A stretch of DNA of 64,000 nucleotides from Candidatus Collierbacteria bacterium RIFOXYD2_FULL_45_13 (GCA_001774685.1 MFAS01000001.1:415557-479556), one strand, 5' to 3'. Numbered from the stretch's first letter, positions 26,168-36,749 are shown. Numbers and translations: made by a program. Notes: a model not told the origin generated them from the sequence alone.

Positions 26168-27928
26168 CTACCAGCTTCCGCCACCGCCGCCACCACCACC
26201 ACCTCCCGAAGATCCTCCGGAAAATCCGGAACCTCCTGATGAGGAAGACGAGGGGTTGTACGAAAGTCCGCTGGCTGCCGTATGACTGAAGTCCGACACA
26301 AAGCCGGACCACGCCAGATTATTCATGCCCACCCCGCCATCTAAATATTTTGGTGGTTTAATATTTAATGCAGACATGTCCTTGGCCAGTTTGCCAATGA
26401 CACCCAGAGCGATCGCAAAGGGGAGCACTTCTTCAATAAAGAGATGTTTTTCTTTTATCTCCTCCCTCCATTTTCCGAGACGTATCGTTTCACGCAGACC
26501 CTTGATCTGAAGGGTGAAGTTAGTCCCAACTGCGGTTTTTTGAGGCATGTTCCAAGCAAACCAAATCGAGACTAGGATAGAAACCAATAGGGTTATCACC
26601 GGCCACCCTTCTTGCAGAAAACTAATGGGACCGATGGTGACTGCAAAAGTCAAACCGGACACGCATACTGCCAGTACCATCCATACACCACGGGTAGTAC
26701 TGGGGTTGGCCGTAAACAACCTCCTTTCTTTCAACCGATCGTTGATCATTTTCTTTACCTTGGTCATATGAGTGTAGAAAGTCCCCTTCAGGTCACTGAG
26801 TTTGACCGAGGTTTTGGAATTAAAAATGTGCTCCATCAGGTATTCCTGTTGAGGCGGTAGATCTCCCGGACCGGACTTGAACTTGGTCAACAGAAAGTCA
26901 TGTCCAAACTTCAGGAAGCCTTTCTTCTCCACCTTCTCAATCCCTAGGTATTTCTTTCGGGCGAGGTCAATTATCTCGGCCACCACATCTTGATTATCCA
27001 CCTTCTCATCCAGCATGGCTCCGGCTTCTCCCGGCGTCAGATCCTTCAGCGGTTCGTAAACCATTGGTATATTTATTGGTTCAAAAATCGGTCTTAATGC
27101 ATTTGGTTGACCTGGATCTAGATTAAATGCATTGGGAGAATTAAATCGGAAGTCTCGCCCTTTCTTATACCAAACCAAAAACATTAATAGTCCGGGAACA
27201 ATCGTCAAGGCCAAAAACAGGTTGTTCGTGGCCGTCGCTATCCATCTCTCGGTCGTCGTGGGAAAGATTAAATTATTATTTTTATCCAGTTTCACTGCAA
27301 CCGTAAAATTGTCTCCATAACCGACCTCTTCAAGTGCCTCTATTCTTAGCCGATTGTCTTCCTGGCCGATTTTACAGTTCGAAGATACACTTCCCACGGG
27401 TCCTACAAAACAAATTGTTTCTCCACTTGAGGCAAAAGGGGATCTGATCGTCACCGTCGAAGTCAAGACCGGAAACTGCCAGCCTTCGCCGGTGATATCC
27501 CAATAAAGTTCATCGAAGTCTTTATGTCTGAGAATGGCGTGGTCGATTTTGTAGGAAATATTGTAGACGCGACTTCCCGAAAAAGTTTGTTCGGGATCTC
27601 CAATCTTCAACGTCAGATTTCCACTTTCTCTCGTCGTGGAAAATGGCATTGGTTTACCTTCGGTATCGGTTACGGAAATATCGGAGACTGGGTTAGTATA
27701 GACCAGTCCTTCTCGTCTGTATTTCTCTGGAATATAGCGAAAGATGCCGTGTTTCTCAACAGGCGAAAAGTACTCGATCTTCTCGGTAATAGACAAAGAG
27801 GTGTCCTGGTTTATCTCTATGACGGAATCAAAGCTGGTGATAGCTTCTCCTGTGGGTTCCTGAGCCATGACGCCGGGTATTTGCACGAGGGACAAAATCA
27901 GCGCCAAGCAAATCACAATTTTCTTCAT
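26168..27928 (-). CDS. DUF2207 family membrane protein
   Basis: 'HGIFRYIP', 'ELYWDITG..W', 'LPFAIALG', Gly/Ser tail ending GGGGGGSW. Confidence 0.9.
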   Translation of the reverse strand: MKKIVICLALILSLVQIPGVMAQEPTGEAITSFDSVIEINQDTSLSITEKIEYFSPVEKHGIFRYIPEKYRREGLVYTNPVSDISVTDTEGKPMPFSTTRESGNLTLKIGDPEQTFSGSRVYNISYKIDHAILRHKDFDELYWDITGEGWQFPVLTSTVTIRSPFASSGETICFVGPVGSVSSNCKIGQEDNRLRIEALEEVGYGDNFTVAVKLDKNNNLIFPTTTERWIATATNNLFLALTIVPGLLMFLVWYKKGRDFRFNSPNAFNLDPGQPNALRPIFEPINIPMVYEPLKDLTPGEAGAMLDEKVDNQDVVAEIIDLARKKYLGIEKVEKKGFLKFGHDFLLTKFKSGPGDLPPQQEYLMEHIFNSKTSVKLSDLKGTFYTHMTKVKKMINDRLKERRLFTANPSTTRGVWMVLAVCVSGLTFAVTIGPISFLQEGWPVITLLVSILVSIWFAWNMPQKTAVGTNFTLQIKGLRETIRLGKWREEIKEKHLFIEEVLPFAIALGVIGKLAKDMSALNIKPPKYLDGGVGMNNLAWSGFVSDFSHTAASGLSYNPSSSSSGGSGFSGGSSGGGGGGGGGGSW

Positions 27929-28005
27929 ATCTACCAGTATAAATCAAGTCTTTGAGCCAGGTATGTTATAATATCCCATATAACTCAGAAAAAGGAGCTC
28001 TGAAC

Positions 28006-28179
28006 ATGAACAAGAAGTTGCTTCGTTACCTCGATCCGATCAGCGCTATGGGGTTTGGGTGGATTCTGGCCTCGATCTTTTTGTTTCTTTCATCGGCAAA
28101 CTCGGCTCTTTTCCTCCTCATCGTCTGTCTCGTCATGGTTGGCGGGAGTTTCGCCTACCACTACTTCTCTGGTTCTTGA
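28006..28179 (+). CDS. Small two-TM protein
   Basis: -10 TATAAT, SD AAAGGAG, terminator at 28196-28222. Confidence 0.6.
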   Translation: MNKKLLRYLDPISAMGFGWILASIFLFLSSANSALFLLIVCLVMVGGSFAYHYFSGS

Positions 28180-28237
28180 CCAGACGTTACTATCTACCCC
28201 GCCTTGCGGCGGGGTATTTTTTGGCTTAAAATGCCTG

Positions 28238-28825
28238 ATGAACCAAGAATACCTTCAGGCCGTTAAGACCCAGTTGGACGAAAAAATCTTTACCCACTCA
28301 CTCGCTCTTCGAGCCTGTATGGGAGGGCTTTATGACTATTTCTCCGAAAACAACTTACTCGGTACAGATGAGCCTCCCAAAGAAGATTGGCTACTGGCCG
28401 GTCTAGTTCACGATATTGATTATTCCGAACCCTTCAAGGCCGAACATCCTGCCCACACCAAAGAGGCTCTAGCCAAATACGGCTTGGACCTTTCTGACTC
28501 GGTTCACCATATCGTCCTCGCCCACGCTCCCGAGTTGACCGGCGTCAAGCCAATTACCAAAGCCGACTGGTCCATTTTTTGTGCCGACTCTCTCACCGGC
28601 CTCATCATGGCCGTCGCTTACGTTTACCCTAGCCGGAAACTGGCTGACGTCAAAGTTAGTTCTGTCCTCAAACGCTTTCTCAAAGAGCCCAAGTTCGCCG
28701 CCGGCACCCGCCGTGACGAGGTGGCCATGTGCGAGAATCCTGAAGGTCTCGGTCTCCCCCTCGAAAAATTCATCGACCTCTGCCTCACCTCCATGCAAAA
28801 AGTGGCCGAAGATCTAGGGCTCTAA
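28238..28825 (+). CDS. HD-domain (HDIG-type) phosphohydrolase
   Basis: 'THSL..AGLVHDIDY..H..CADSLTGLI..FAAG'. Confidence 0.85.
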   Translation: MNQEYLQAVKTQLDEKIFTHSLALRACMGGLYDYFSENNLLGTDEPPKEDWLLAGLVHDIDYSEPFKAEHPAHTKEALAKYGLDLSDSVHHIVLAHAPELTGVKPITKADWSIFCADSLTGLIMAVAYVYPSRKLADVKVSSVLKRFLKEPKFAAGTRRDEVAMCENPEGLGLPLEKFIDLCLTSMQKVAEDLGL

Positions 28826-28850
28826 AAGATTTGCTACAATATATCCTGAA

Positions 28851-29010
28851 AGCGTTTGAGTTCCGGTTTTCCACCGGAGCAAGCTTCCCGGGGTAACAAC
28901 CGAGGACGGGTCGGCCCGTAATAGCCAAATTAAGTAATTGTTAAGGTGGCACCTTCCCGAAGCAAATCGGGACCCTAACGCGCAAATGTTTGCGTGTTTT
29001 TTTGTAGGGT
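28851..29010 (+). promoter_or_regulatory. T-box riboswitch with ultrashort Stem I, Ser (UCC) specifier
   Basis: CCGG-TTTTCCA-CCGG Stem I; Stem II; 'GGCCCGTAATAGCC' IIA/B-like segment; T-box AAGG-TGGCACC; hairpin plus U7; located upstream of serS. Confidence 0.8.
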
Positions 29011-29037
29011 AAGATATTAATAAGTTAAATAAACAAA

Positions 29038-30312
29038 ATGCTAGATATAAACTACATCCGCGAAAATACGGACAAAGTCAAAGAAGCCGCCAAAAACAAA
29101 AACCGTAACGCCGATGCCGTCGATCGGGTACTGACCCTCGACTCGGACAGACGCCGCCTGATCGTCACTATCGAAAGTATCCGCTCCGAAAGAAACAAAT
29201 TAAACGATGAGTTAAAAAAAGGCCGTACCGACGAACTAATCGCCAAGTCTACCGAGCTCAAGACTCAACTCCAAGACCTGGAACCCCGGCTACGAGAAGT
29301 AGAAAAGACCTTTGAGGAAATAATGCTCCAGATCCCCAATGTTCCTTTTGACGAAGTTCCCGTGGGCAAAGATGAGACCGGAAATAAAACCATCAGGACT
29401 TGGGGTGATAAACCCAAGTTCGACTTCGAAACCAAGAACCACATTGAACTGGCCAAAGATCTGGATCTTATCGACTTCGAACGTGGCACCAAGGTCGCCG
29501 GTTTCCGTGGTTACTTTCTCAAAGGTGATGCCGTCATGTTGCAGTTTGCTCTCATGCATTACACCCTACAAAAATTTATTTCCAAAGGCTATACCCCGTT
29601 CGTCCCTCCGGTGATCCTCAAAAGGCGTAATTTTGTCAACAGTGCCCATTTTCCTTGGAGCGAGCAGGATGTATACAAATTTGTGACCGATGAAGGAGAG
29701 GATGAGTACTTCCTTACCGGCACTGCCGAAGTTCCTCTAGTCTCTTACTACCAGGATGAGGTTCTAAACGAAAAAGATCTTCCCATCAAGATGATTGGTT
29801 TCTCTCCTTGTTACCGCAAGGAAGCCGGTAGTTATGGAAGGGACACCCAAGGGGTCTACAGGGTCCATGAGTTTGTCAAAACCGAGCAAGTAGTCCTTTG
29901 CAAAAACGACGTCGAGGAGTCTCTCCGTTTACACGAAGAAATGATGGCCCACACCGAAGAAATTGCTCAGGAACTAGGATTGCCCTATCGTGTCCTGCTC
30001 ATGTGTACCGGAGACATGGGCGAACCACAGACCAAAAAATACGATCTCGAGGCCTGGATGCCCGGCCGAGACAACTGGGGCGAGCTCGCCTCCGACTCTA
30101 TTGTGACCGACTTCCAATCCCGCAGAGCCAACATCCGCTACCGCGACGCCAAAAACGAGATGCAATATGTCCACATGTTAAACAACACCGCCAGCAACTC
30201 ACCTCGTTGGTTAGTGGCTATCCTGGAGAACTACCAACAAGCTGACGGCTCAATCAAAATCCCGGCTGTTCTGGTTCCATACATGGGGAAGGATCGTATA
30301 GAACGTGTCTAA
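29038..30312 (+). CDS. serS: Seryl-tRNA synthetase
   Basis: 'MLDINYIREN', 'GTAEVPL', 'CYRKEAGSYGRD..RVHEF.K', 'HMLNNT'. Confidence 0.97.
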   Translation: MLDINYIRENTDKVKEAAKNKNRNADAVDRVLTLDSDRRRLIVTIESIRSERNKLNDELKKGRTDELIAKSTELKTQLQDLEPRLREVEKTFEEIMLQIPNVPFDEVPVGKDETGNKTIRTWGDKPKFDFETKNHIELAKDLDLIDFERGTKVAGFRGYFLKGDAVMLQFALMHYTLQKFISKGYTPFVPPVILKRRNFVNSAHFPWSEQDVYKFVTDEGEDEYFLTGTAEVPLVSYYQDEVLNEKDLPIKMIGFSPCYRKEAGSYGRDTQGVYRVHEFVKTEQVVLCKNDVEESLRLHEEMMAHTEEIAQELGLPYRVLLMCTGDMGEPQTKKYDLEAWMPGRDNWGELASDSIVTDFQSRRANIRYRDAKNEMQYVHMLNNTASNSPRWLVAILENYQQADGSIKIPAVLVPYMGKDRIERV

Positions 30313-31354
30313 GAAAATTATTATCATTCTTTTGCTACTCTTCGTGATCTGCGGAGCCGTTTCCTATGTGTTTTTGCACCGGGGTTCTTTGGCCCTTATC
30401 TCCCCCTTGTTCACCGGACAAGATCAGACGGAAAAAATTTCTAAAAAAGTCAGCCAATTTCGGCTGGACTTTACCAAATCCAAAGAGTTATCTTCCTTGG
30501 AACAAGTTCCCCGATATATCGTCTACCACGCCGATACCGGCCTCGTCTACTACAGCAAGGGGACTGGCCTACGAATGTCTCCAGCTTCTTTTACAAAGCT
30601 CCTCTCCGCTCAAGTAGTTCTCGACCTAATACCTTTGGATAATCAGATTACTGTTTCGGACAAATCCTTAGACAAGGTTCCTACCATTTTGGGACTCAAA
30701 ACCGGCGAAACTCTCCCTGCCTCCGACCTTCTTCGTGGGGCCATAGCTACGAGCGCCAACGACTCGGCCCAGGCCTTGGCCGACGGGGCTGCCAGTGCTG
30801 TCAAGATTTTTCCGTCGGAGTTTATTTATTACATGAATCAAAAAGCTCAGTTGCTTCAGATGACTCACTCACACTTTGCCAACCCCGACGGGCTGGATGA
30901 TCAAAATCAGTACTCAACTTTGGCAGACCTGGCAAAGCTCGTCAATAACGTACAAAAAAATTACCCGGATATTGTTTTGGCCGGCAAATCGGATAACCAA
31001 GATATTCAGCAGACCACCACTCACGGTAAATATTATCTGCCCAACTGGAACGGCCTTCTGGGAGTTTACCCCGGAGTCAATGGTTTGAAGATCGCCTACA
31101 CCGAAGAAGCCGGCTACTCTACCATTATTACGGCGATCAGGGACAACACACCGGTGGTGGCTATTGTCTCGGGTACCGGCTCGTATCTGGAAAGAGATCG
31201 GGCCGCCGCGGATCTGTTGGATGCCGCCTATCTAACGAAGGGTCTACCCCCGGTCCGTGTTTCTACACTCATGCTCAACCGTCATTATCAAGTCTGGGGA
31301 GACCTAGCCCGAAAAATTCGCAGTGAAATAAAGTTAACTCAAAGTCTTAACTAA
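30305..31354 (+). CDS. D-alanyl-D-alanine carboxypeptidase (peptidase S11)
   Basis: SxxK 'PASFTK', SxN 'SAND', 'FANPDGL'; the KTG box reads 'LKIAYT'. Confidence 0.85.
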   Translation: MSKKIIIILLLLFVICGAVSYVFLHRGSLALISPLFTGQDQTEKISKKVSQFRLDFTKSKELSSLEQVPRYIVYHADTGLVYYSKGTGLRMSPASFTKLLSAQVVLDLIPLDNQITVSDKSLDKVPTILGLKTGETLPASDLLRGAIATSANDSAQALADGAASAVKIFPSEFIYYMNQKAQLLQMTHSHFANPDGLDDQNQYSTLADLAKLVNNVQKNYPDIVLAGKSDNQDIQQTTTHGKYYLPNWNGLLGVYPGVNGLKIAYTEEAGYSTIITAIRDNTPVVAIVSGTGSYLERDRAAADLLDAAYLTKGLPPVRVSTLMLNRHYQVWGDLARKIRSEIKLTQSLN

Positions 31355-31355
31355 T

Positions 31356-31985
31356 ATGTCCTTCCGTCATTTATTTTTTCCTCAAACCCTCAAACTACCG
31401 GACTCCAAATTCAATCACCACATTTCCATCAACCTCTACTTTCTCCAGCCCACCTTGCATGTTGACGGTTTGATCGAATCCGGTGATATTCTGACTCATA
31501 TCTGGAAAACCGGTATCAAAAAGTTAATCCCTAAGTATTTCATCCCCAAAACAATTTTAATTTTGGGACTCGGCGGTGGATCTAACACTCTACTGGTCAG
31601 GCGTCTCTATCCCAAAGCTAAAATCATTGCGGTCGAGATAGACCCATTTATGGTGGAAATCAGCAAGAAATATTTTGGAATTGGAAAGGTCAAAAACCTG
31701 GAAATTATTGTGGACGATGCCCTCCATTTTGCCGCTAACTTAACCTCGAAGGACAACTACGATCTGATATTGGTCGATTGTTTCGAAGGCAAGTACATTC
31801 CTCATAAATTGGAGGATCTGAACTTTATGCAACAGCTCAAAGACCACTCTCGCTTTACTTTGGTCAATCGTATCCATTGGTACGACCATCACTTACCGAC
31901 CATCAATTTTATGAGATCCCTGTCCACTCGCTTTGTCTTTGTCACTGCCCGCACCGTCTCCAATCTCATCATTTCCTTGGTTTAG
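31356..31985 (+). CDS. SAM-dependent methyltransferase, spermidine-synthase-like
   Basis: 'LILGLGGG', 'AVEIDP', 'YDLILVD'. Confidence 0.8.
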   Translation: MSFRHLFFPQTLKLPDSKFNHHISINLYFLQPTLHVDGLIESGDILTHIWKTGIKKLIPKYFIPKTILILGLGGGSNTLLVRRLYPKAKIIAVEIDPFMVEISKKYFGIGKVKNLEIIVDDALHFAANLTSKDNYDLILVDCFEGKYIPHKLEDLNFMQQLKDHSRFTLVNRIHWYDHHLPTINFMRSLSTRFVFVTARTVSNLIISLV

Positions 31986-32004
31986 ACAGTATAATCATGT
32001 CTGT

Positions 32005-34662
32005 ATGTTTTCATTTCTAGACTCCATTCTCAATCCGAACAAAATCGAGATCGACAAGATCAAAAAGATTGTGACCACTGTCAACTCCTTGGAGGACTGG
32101 GCCAAAGGTCTGAAAGACGATGAGTTTAAACCGGAAATTGCTCAAATCAAAGAAGAATTAAAAGGTGAAAAAACTCTTGATGACGTCCTGCCCCAAGTCT
32201 TTGCTCTGACGAGAGAAGCCGCCTCCCGCACCTTGGGGATGAGGCCTTACGACGTTCAGCTCATCGCCGGTATCGCCTTCCATCAAGGCAATATTGCCGA
32301 GCAAAAAACAGGTGAAGGCAAGACTTTGTCGGCTGTACCCGCCCTGGTTCTCAACGCTCTCACCGGAGAAGGTGCTCATCTGGTGACCGTTAACGATTAC
32401 TTGGCCAGACTCCACGCCGGCTGGATGGGTCAGATCTATGATTTTCTAGGCTTAAGCGTCGGCTGTATTTATTCCGGTCAGGGAGACCAGCCCGCCGTCA
32501 TGTACGACTCAACCTTTACCGACTCCTCCCATTCAGACCACCGCCTCCATCATCTCAAGCCGGTTACCAGGACGGAAGCCTACGCCTGCGACATTACCTA
32601 TGGCACCAACAACGAATTTGGTTTTGACTATCTCCGAGACAACATGGCGAAGACTCCCGAGCAGCTCGTTCAGCGCCCGCATCATTTTGCTATTGTGGAC
32701 GAGGTCGACTCCATTCTCATCGATGAAGCCCGCACCCCCTTAATTATTTCCGCTCCGGACACCGAAGCCACCGATCAGTACGTCCGTTTTTCGGGTCTGA
32801 TTAGAGGGCTTTCTGCCGATACCGATTTTGAGGTGGACGAAAAACAAAGGACCGCCAATCTTACGGATCATGGTCTCCGGAAGCTAGAGAAAATTTTAAA
32901 TGTCGAAAATCTTTATCAGCAAGACTATCAGACCCTTCACCATCTGGAACAAGCTCTCAAAGCCCAGACTCTCTTCGTCAAAGACCGTGACTATGTGGTG
33001 AAGGATGATCAGGTGATCATCGTTGATGATCATACCGGCCGTCTCATGTTTGGCCGACGTTACTCCGATGGATTGCATCAGGCCATCGAAGCCAAAGAAG
33101 GCGTCAAGATCCAGCAAGAAAGCAGAACGATGGCCACCATCTCTCTCCAAAACTATTTCAGGCTTTACAAAAAGCTTTCCGGTATGACCGGGACTGCCGC
33201 CACCGAAGCCGAAGAGTTCAAAAAGATTTACAACCTTAACGTTCTAATTATCCCCACCAACAGACCCAATATTCGTCAGGATAACTCGGACATTATTTAC
33301 AAGACTCAGCGAGCAAAATATGGCGCCTTAGTAGCCGAAGTCGCGGAGCTCCACGCCAAAGGTCAGCCGGTCCTCATCGGTACCAAGTCTATCGAGCAAA
33401 ACGATGTCGTCGGCCAGTATCTAAAAAAGAAGCATATTCCCCATCAAATCTTAAATGCCAAGAACCATGAGAACGAAGCCATGATTATTTCCGAAGCAGG
33501 GAGATTGAACGCTGTCACGGTGGCTACCAACATTGCCGGCCGAGGTGTCGATATCATGCTCGGAGGTGACCCGCAGGGGAGAGAGCTCAAAGAGTGGCAG
33601 AAGGAAGCCGACAAGGTTAAGAGCCTGGGTGGTTTACATATCATTGGCGCCGTCCGTCACGAATCACGCCGTATCGACAATCAGCTAAGAGGTCGCGCCG
33701 GTCGCCAGGGGGATCCCGGATCCACCCGTTTTTATATCTCACTCGAGGACGACATCATGCGTATTTTTGGTGGCGATCAGGTGGGTCGCCTGATGGACTT
33801 CCTCAAAGTTCCCGATGATCAGCCGTTGGAAGCAGGTATGGTTACCAAAGCAATAGAAACTGCTCAGACCAAAGTTGAGTCCTTTTATTTTGACCAGCGG
33901 AAACATTTGGTCGATTATGACGACGTTATGAATAAACAGCGTCAGATCTTTTACGCCCGCCGGCATCATTTGTTGACGGAGGGGCCAGATGTCGCCACCG
34001 CTTCGGTCGATCAAGCCTTGGAAAAAGAAATTGCTTATCTTTCTAATATCTACGCCGCTTCAGGTATAGATAAGGTTGAAGCCGACCAAATCGGTAAAGA
34101 ATTCCAAAGCATCTTGCCCCTGGATCCACGGTCAGCCGACTCACTGGAAAAAAATCTGGTCGGCAAGACAGGAGAGGATGTCCAAGAAATGCTTAGCAAA
34201 ATTATTCTTCAGGCCAGAGCTGCCCAGAAAGAACGGTTTGGTAATGATGTTCTTCCTCAAGTAGAGAGATATGTTTTGTTAGAAACTTATGACGAACTTT
34301 GGATGAACCATCTCGACGCCATTGACAATCTCCGTGATGGAATCGGTCTGCGTGGCTATGCTCAGAAAGATCCCTTGGTGGAATACAAACAAGAATCTTT
34401 TTCCATGTTTGAGAGTCTCCTGTCCCGGATCGACTCCACCGTCTCACATCGTATTTTCCGGGTCCAGATAAATATTCCACAGCCAGTTACCCGCCGTACT
34501 ATTGAAAAATCATCTTCCGACACCGATACATCCTCGCCATTACCGGGAGGTACTCCGACACGACAATCCATAAAAAATACCAACAAGCTCGGTCGCAACG
34601 ATCCTTGTTGGTGCGGCAGCGGTAAAAAATGGAAATCCTGCCATTATCCTAAATTGGGTTAG
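32005..34662 (+). CDS. secA: Preprotein translocase ATPase SecA
   Basis: 'KTGEGKT', 'VDEVDSILIDEARTPLIIS', 'QLRGRAGRQGDPG', SEC-C 'GRNDPCWCGSGKKWKSCH'; likely start MFSFLD. Confidence 0.97.
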   Translation: MFSFLDSILNPNKIEIDKIKKIVTTVNSLEDWAKGLKDDEFKPEIAQIKEELKGEKTLDDVLPQVFALTREAASRTLGMRPYDVQLIAGIAFHQGNIAEQKTGEGKTLSAVPALVLNALTGEGAHLVTVNDYLARLHAGWMGQIYDFLGLSVGCIYSGQGDQPAVMYDSTFTDSSHSDHRLHHLKPVTRTEAYACDITYGTNNEFGFDYLRDNMAKTPEQLVQRPHHFAIVDEVDSILIDEARTPLIISAPDTEATDQYVRFSGLIRGLSADTDFEVDEKQRTANLTDHGLRKLEKILNVENLYQQDYQTLHHLEQALKAQTLFVKDRDYVVKDDQVIIVDDHTGRLMFGRRYSDGLHQAIEAKEGVKIQQESRTMATISLQNYFRLYKKLSGMTGTAATEAEEFKKIYNLNVLIIPTNRPNIRQDNSDIIYKTQRAKYGALVAEVAELHAKGQPVLIGTKSIEQNDVVGQYLKKKHIPHQILNAKNHENEAMIISEAGRLNAVTVATNIAGRGVDIMLGGDPQGRELKEWQKEADKVKSLGGLHIIGAVRHESRRIDNQLRGRAGRQGDPGSTRFYISLEDDIMRIFGGDQVGRLMDFLKVPDDQPLEAGMVTKAIETAQTKVESFYFDQRKHLVDYDDVMNKQRQIFYARRHHLLTEGPDVATASVDQALEKEIAYLSNIYAASGIDKVEADQIGKEFQSILPLDPRSADSLEKNLVGKTGEDVQEMLSKIILQARAAQKERFGNDVLPQVERYVLLETYDELWMNHLDAIDNLRDGIGLRGYAQKDPLVEYKQESFSMFESLLSRIDSTVSHRIFRVQINIPQPVTRRTIEKSSSDTDTSSPLPGGTPTRQSIKNTNKLGRNDPCWCGSGKKWKSCHYPKLG

Positions 34663-34671
34663 AATATCTTC

Positions 34672-35622
34672 ATGAGCCTAGACGCACCAGATCAGGAGTT
34701 CAGTATCCAGATTTTGCCTAATACTGAAATAAAAGAAACATCTCCCTCCATCGAATACTATCTGGATCGACAAGAATTCAGAGATGTCATCAAAGAAAAC
34801 TGGCCGGACTTATTAGAAATGTTAGACCATATCGTTCACCCAGCCTGCAGTCAGCATCCAGACGCGCTTGAATCATGGGAGATAGACCAACGAAACAATA
34901 GAACTGACACGATATCTCGCCTGCCACCTCTTTTTGCCTTACAGATTCTCCTTTATGAGGAATGTTTTGGAGTCAATGCCAATCCTGGCAGAAAATTAAG
35001 CGACCCAGAAATCAGCATGCAAGACTCTTATGCGCCTTCGCCCGGAGGCCTTCTTTCTCATGGTTATCCCTACGGTACTTTTGATGGAGCCACTCTCGAA
35101 TCGGTTTCACAGCTCCCATTTGCGGGAGACTCTGCTAAAGAGGCAGTCGCCTCGTTGAGCGATAGGAATCAAAGAAGACAGCTCGCCGGGATTATTTCAA
35201 GATCTCTCTATCCGGAAGATTTTGGTCCATCATCCACTTTCTCTGACCAAAGAAGACGTAACACCGCTCGATCTCTCGAAGATCCAAACGTGACGCCCAG
35301 AGACGAAGCCAATTCTTGGGCTCTCAGGTTAGTTAAGATGGTCAAGCTGGCAACGTTAGGCAATTCGGTCAAAGATCAAAGTTTAAAAGACATTGTCTAT
35401 AGAGATTCGAAGGGGGAATGGTCCCTTGCTATGTATTGGCATCTGCTTTGGAAAAAGATGTCTCGCTCTCTAATAGAGAGTGACCAAAGTAGCCAATTCA
35501 AAAATCCATATGATACTGAGGTTAAAAAGGCCATCGGTGATCTGTTACGGGTGCGTCTCAACCCTGACGTTCAGGTATTATTCAAATATATTTCCCCATC
35601 TGGGTACATAAATGGTCAATAG
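34672..35622 (+). CDS. Hypothetical protein
   Basis: 316-aa ORF; TAGAAT-N6-ATG. Confidence 0.7.
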   Translation: MSLDAPDQEFSIQILPNTEIKETSPSIEYYLDRQEFRDVIKENWPDLLEMLDHIVHPACSQHPDALESWEIDQRNNRTDTISRLPPLFALQILLYEECFGVNANPGRKLSDPEISMQDSYAPSPGGLLSHGYPYGTFDGATLESVSQLPFAGDSAKEAVASLSDRNQRRQLAGIISRSLYPEDFGPSSTFSDQRRRNTARSLEDPNVTPRDEANSWALRLVKMVKLATLGNSVKDQSLKDIVYRDSKGEWSLAMYWHLLWKKMSRSLIESDQSSQFKNPYDTEVKKAIGDLLRVRLNPDVQVLFKYISPSGYINGQ

Positions 35623-35690
35623 AAAAAAACAATTCCCCCTCCGAAGTCAAGCATTTTTTGAGCGATAAACAGATAATATAATACAAATAA

Positions 35691-36227
35691 ATGGAAAAAA
35701 CTCTACCCATCACAAATGAGAAATTTGACTATCTGACTCTAAGTGAGAGGTTTAAGCTAGCAGAGTCTGTTTTATTGATATGTTCCCTGGAAGATGCCAA
35801 TTATGCAAAAGAGCTCGCTGCAGGTTTAAAGAAAGAGGGTATTAAGGTCCTCACCCGTGATGAGATAGATTTCCACCAGATCACCTCAACTGACGACCAA
35901 AAACGTCTGCGTTCGGATCTTGGGGGTATTTTTATCATCCCATCAGATTCTCTCATGAAAGCAGATAGCGATCTTGTTTCTTTTCTATATCAAGCAAATA
36001 GTGAGTTGCCAGATGGTGAAGTCGCCCATAGCATTTTTATGCTGACCGACCACCGTCAAGTGCGATACCTTGAGCCATTAGAGACCAGACTAGGTCACTC
36101 AATTACCGCCCTATCGCTTGTCGGAGATACAGACTACGACTCTTCTGCTAAAGTTCGGATTGCCGGTAAAGACGCCACACCCAGATTTCTCAAGTTCTTT
36201 AAGCAACAAAGGCTAAAGAAAAGGTAA
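35691..36227 (+). CDS. Hypothetical protein (possible flavodoxin/TIR-like alpha/beta fold)
   Basis: 178 aa; 'VLLICSLEDANYAKELAAGLKKEGIKVL'. Confidence 0.65.
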   Translation: MEKTLPITNEKFDYLTLSERFKLAESVLLICSLEDANYAKELAAGLKKEGIKVLTRDEIDFHQITSTDDQKRLRSDLGGIFIIPSDSLMKADSDLVSFLYQANSELPDGEVAHSIFMLTDHRQVRYLEPLETRLGHSITALSLVGDTDYDSSAKVRIAGKDATPRFLKFFKQQRLKKR

Positions 36228-36245
36228 TTTTTCGACCAACTCGAG

Positions 36246-36749
36246 CTAATTTATTGCGCACGCCTCGAGTAGTTTTTCAGCAAAGTCCTTCCCGGCATTC
36301 AGATTTCCCAATTTAACGTAACCACCTTTCGCCTTTCCAATGAAGCCAAACGCCTGTCTTAAGTGATTTGGAGAAAAAGCAACAACTTTGTACGAATCAG
36401 TCTGACCAGTACATAGCTTCTTTATAGTATCCAAAATCACTCTGTTCTCGCTACTTGGAAACGGATCGCAGAATTCTGGAGCAATTACTATTGTCGCGTC
36501 GGCTTTATTGTAATCCTCAAGATAGGTAGATACAGATCCGCCTGGAATCGGTTTTTCTTGACTACGAAGCACAACCTTCGCCCCCAGATCGTTCACCTCC
36601 TTCTCAAGTCTGGCTCCAGCCCTCTCATCCATCTTGCGTGCAGCAAATATAACCACCCTCCTACCCTCCATTTGATTTCCGAGAGCTGTCTTGACTTCGT
36701 CCCAAAAGGCAGTTATTTCATGCTCATTGAATTTTTGGTCTTCACTCAT
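36246..36749 (-). CDS. Hypothetical protein (possible flavodoxin/TIR-like alpha/beta fold)
   Basis: 167 aa; 'VVIFAARKMDERAGARLEKEVNDLGAKVV...ADATIVIAP'. Confidence 0.65.
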   Translation of the reverse strand: MSEDQKFNEHEITAFWDEVKTALGNQMEGRRVVIFAARKMDERAGARLEKEVNDLGAKVVLRSQEKPIPGGSVSTYLEDYNKADATIVIAPEFCDPFPSSENRVILDTIKKLCTGQTDSYKVVAFSPNHLRQAFGFIGKAKGGYVKLGNLNAGKDFAEKLLEACAIN

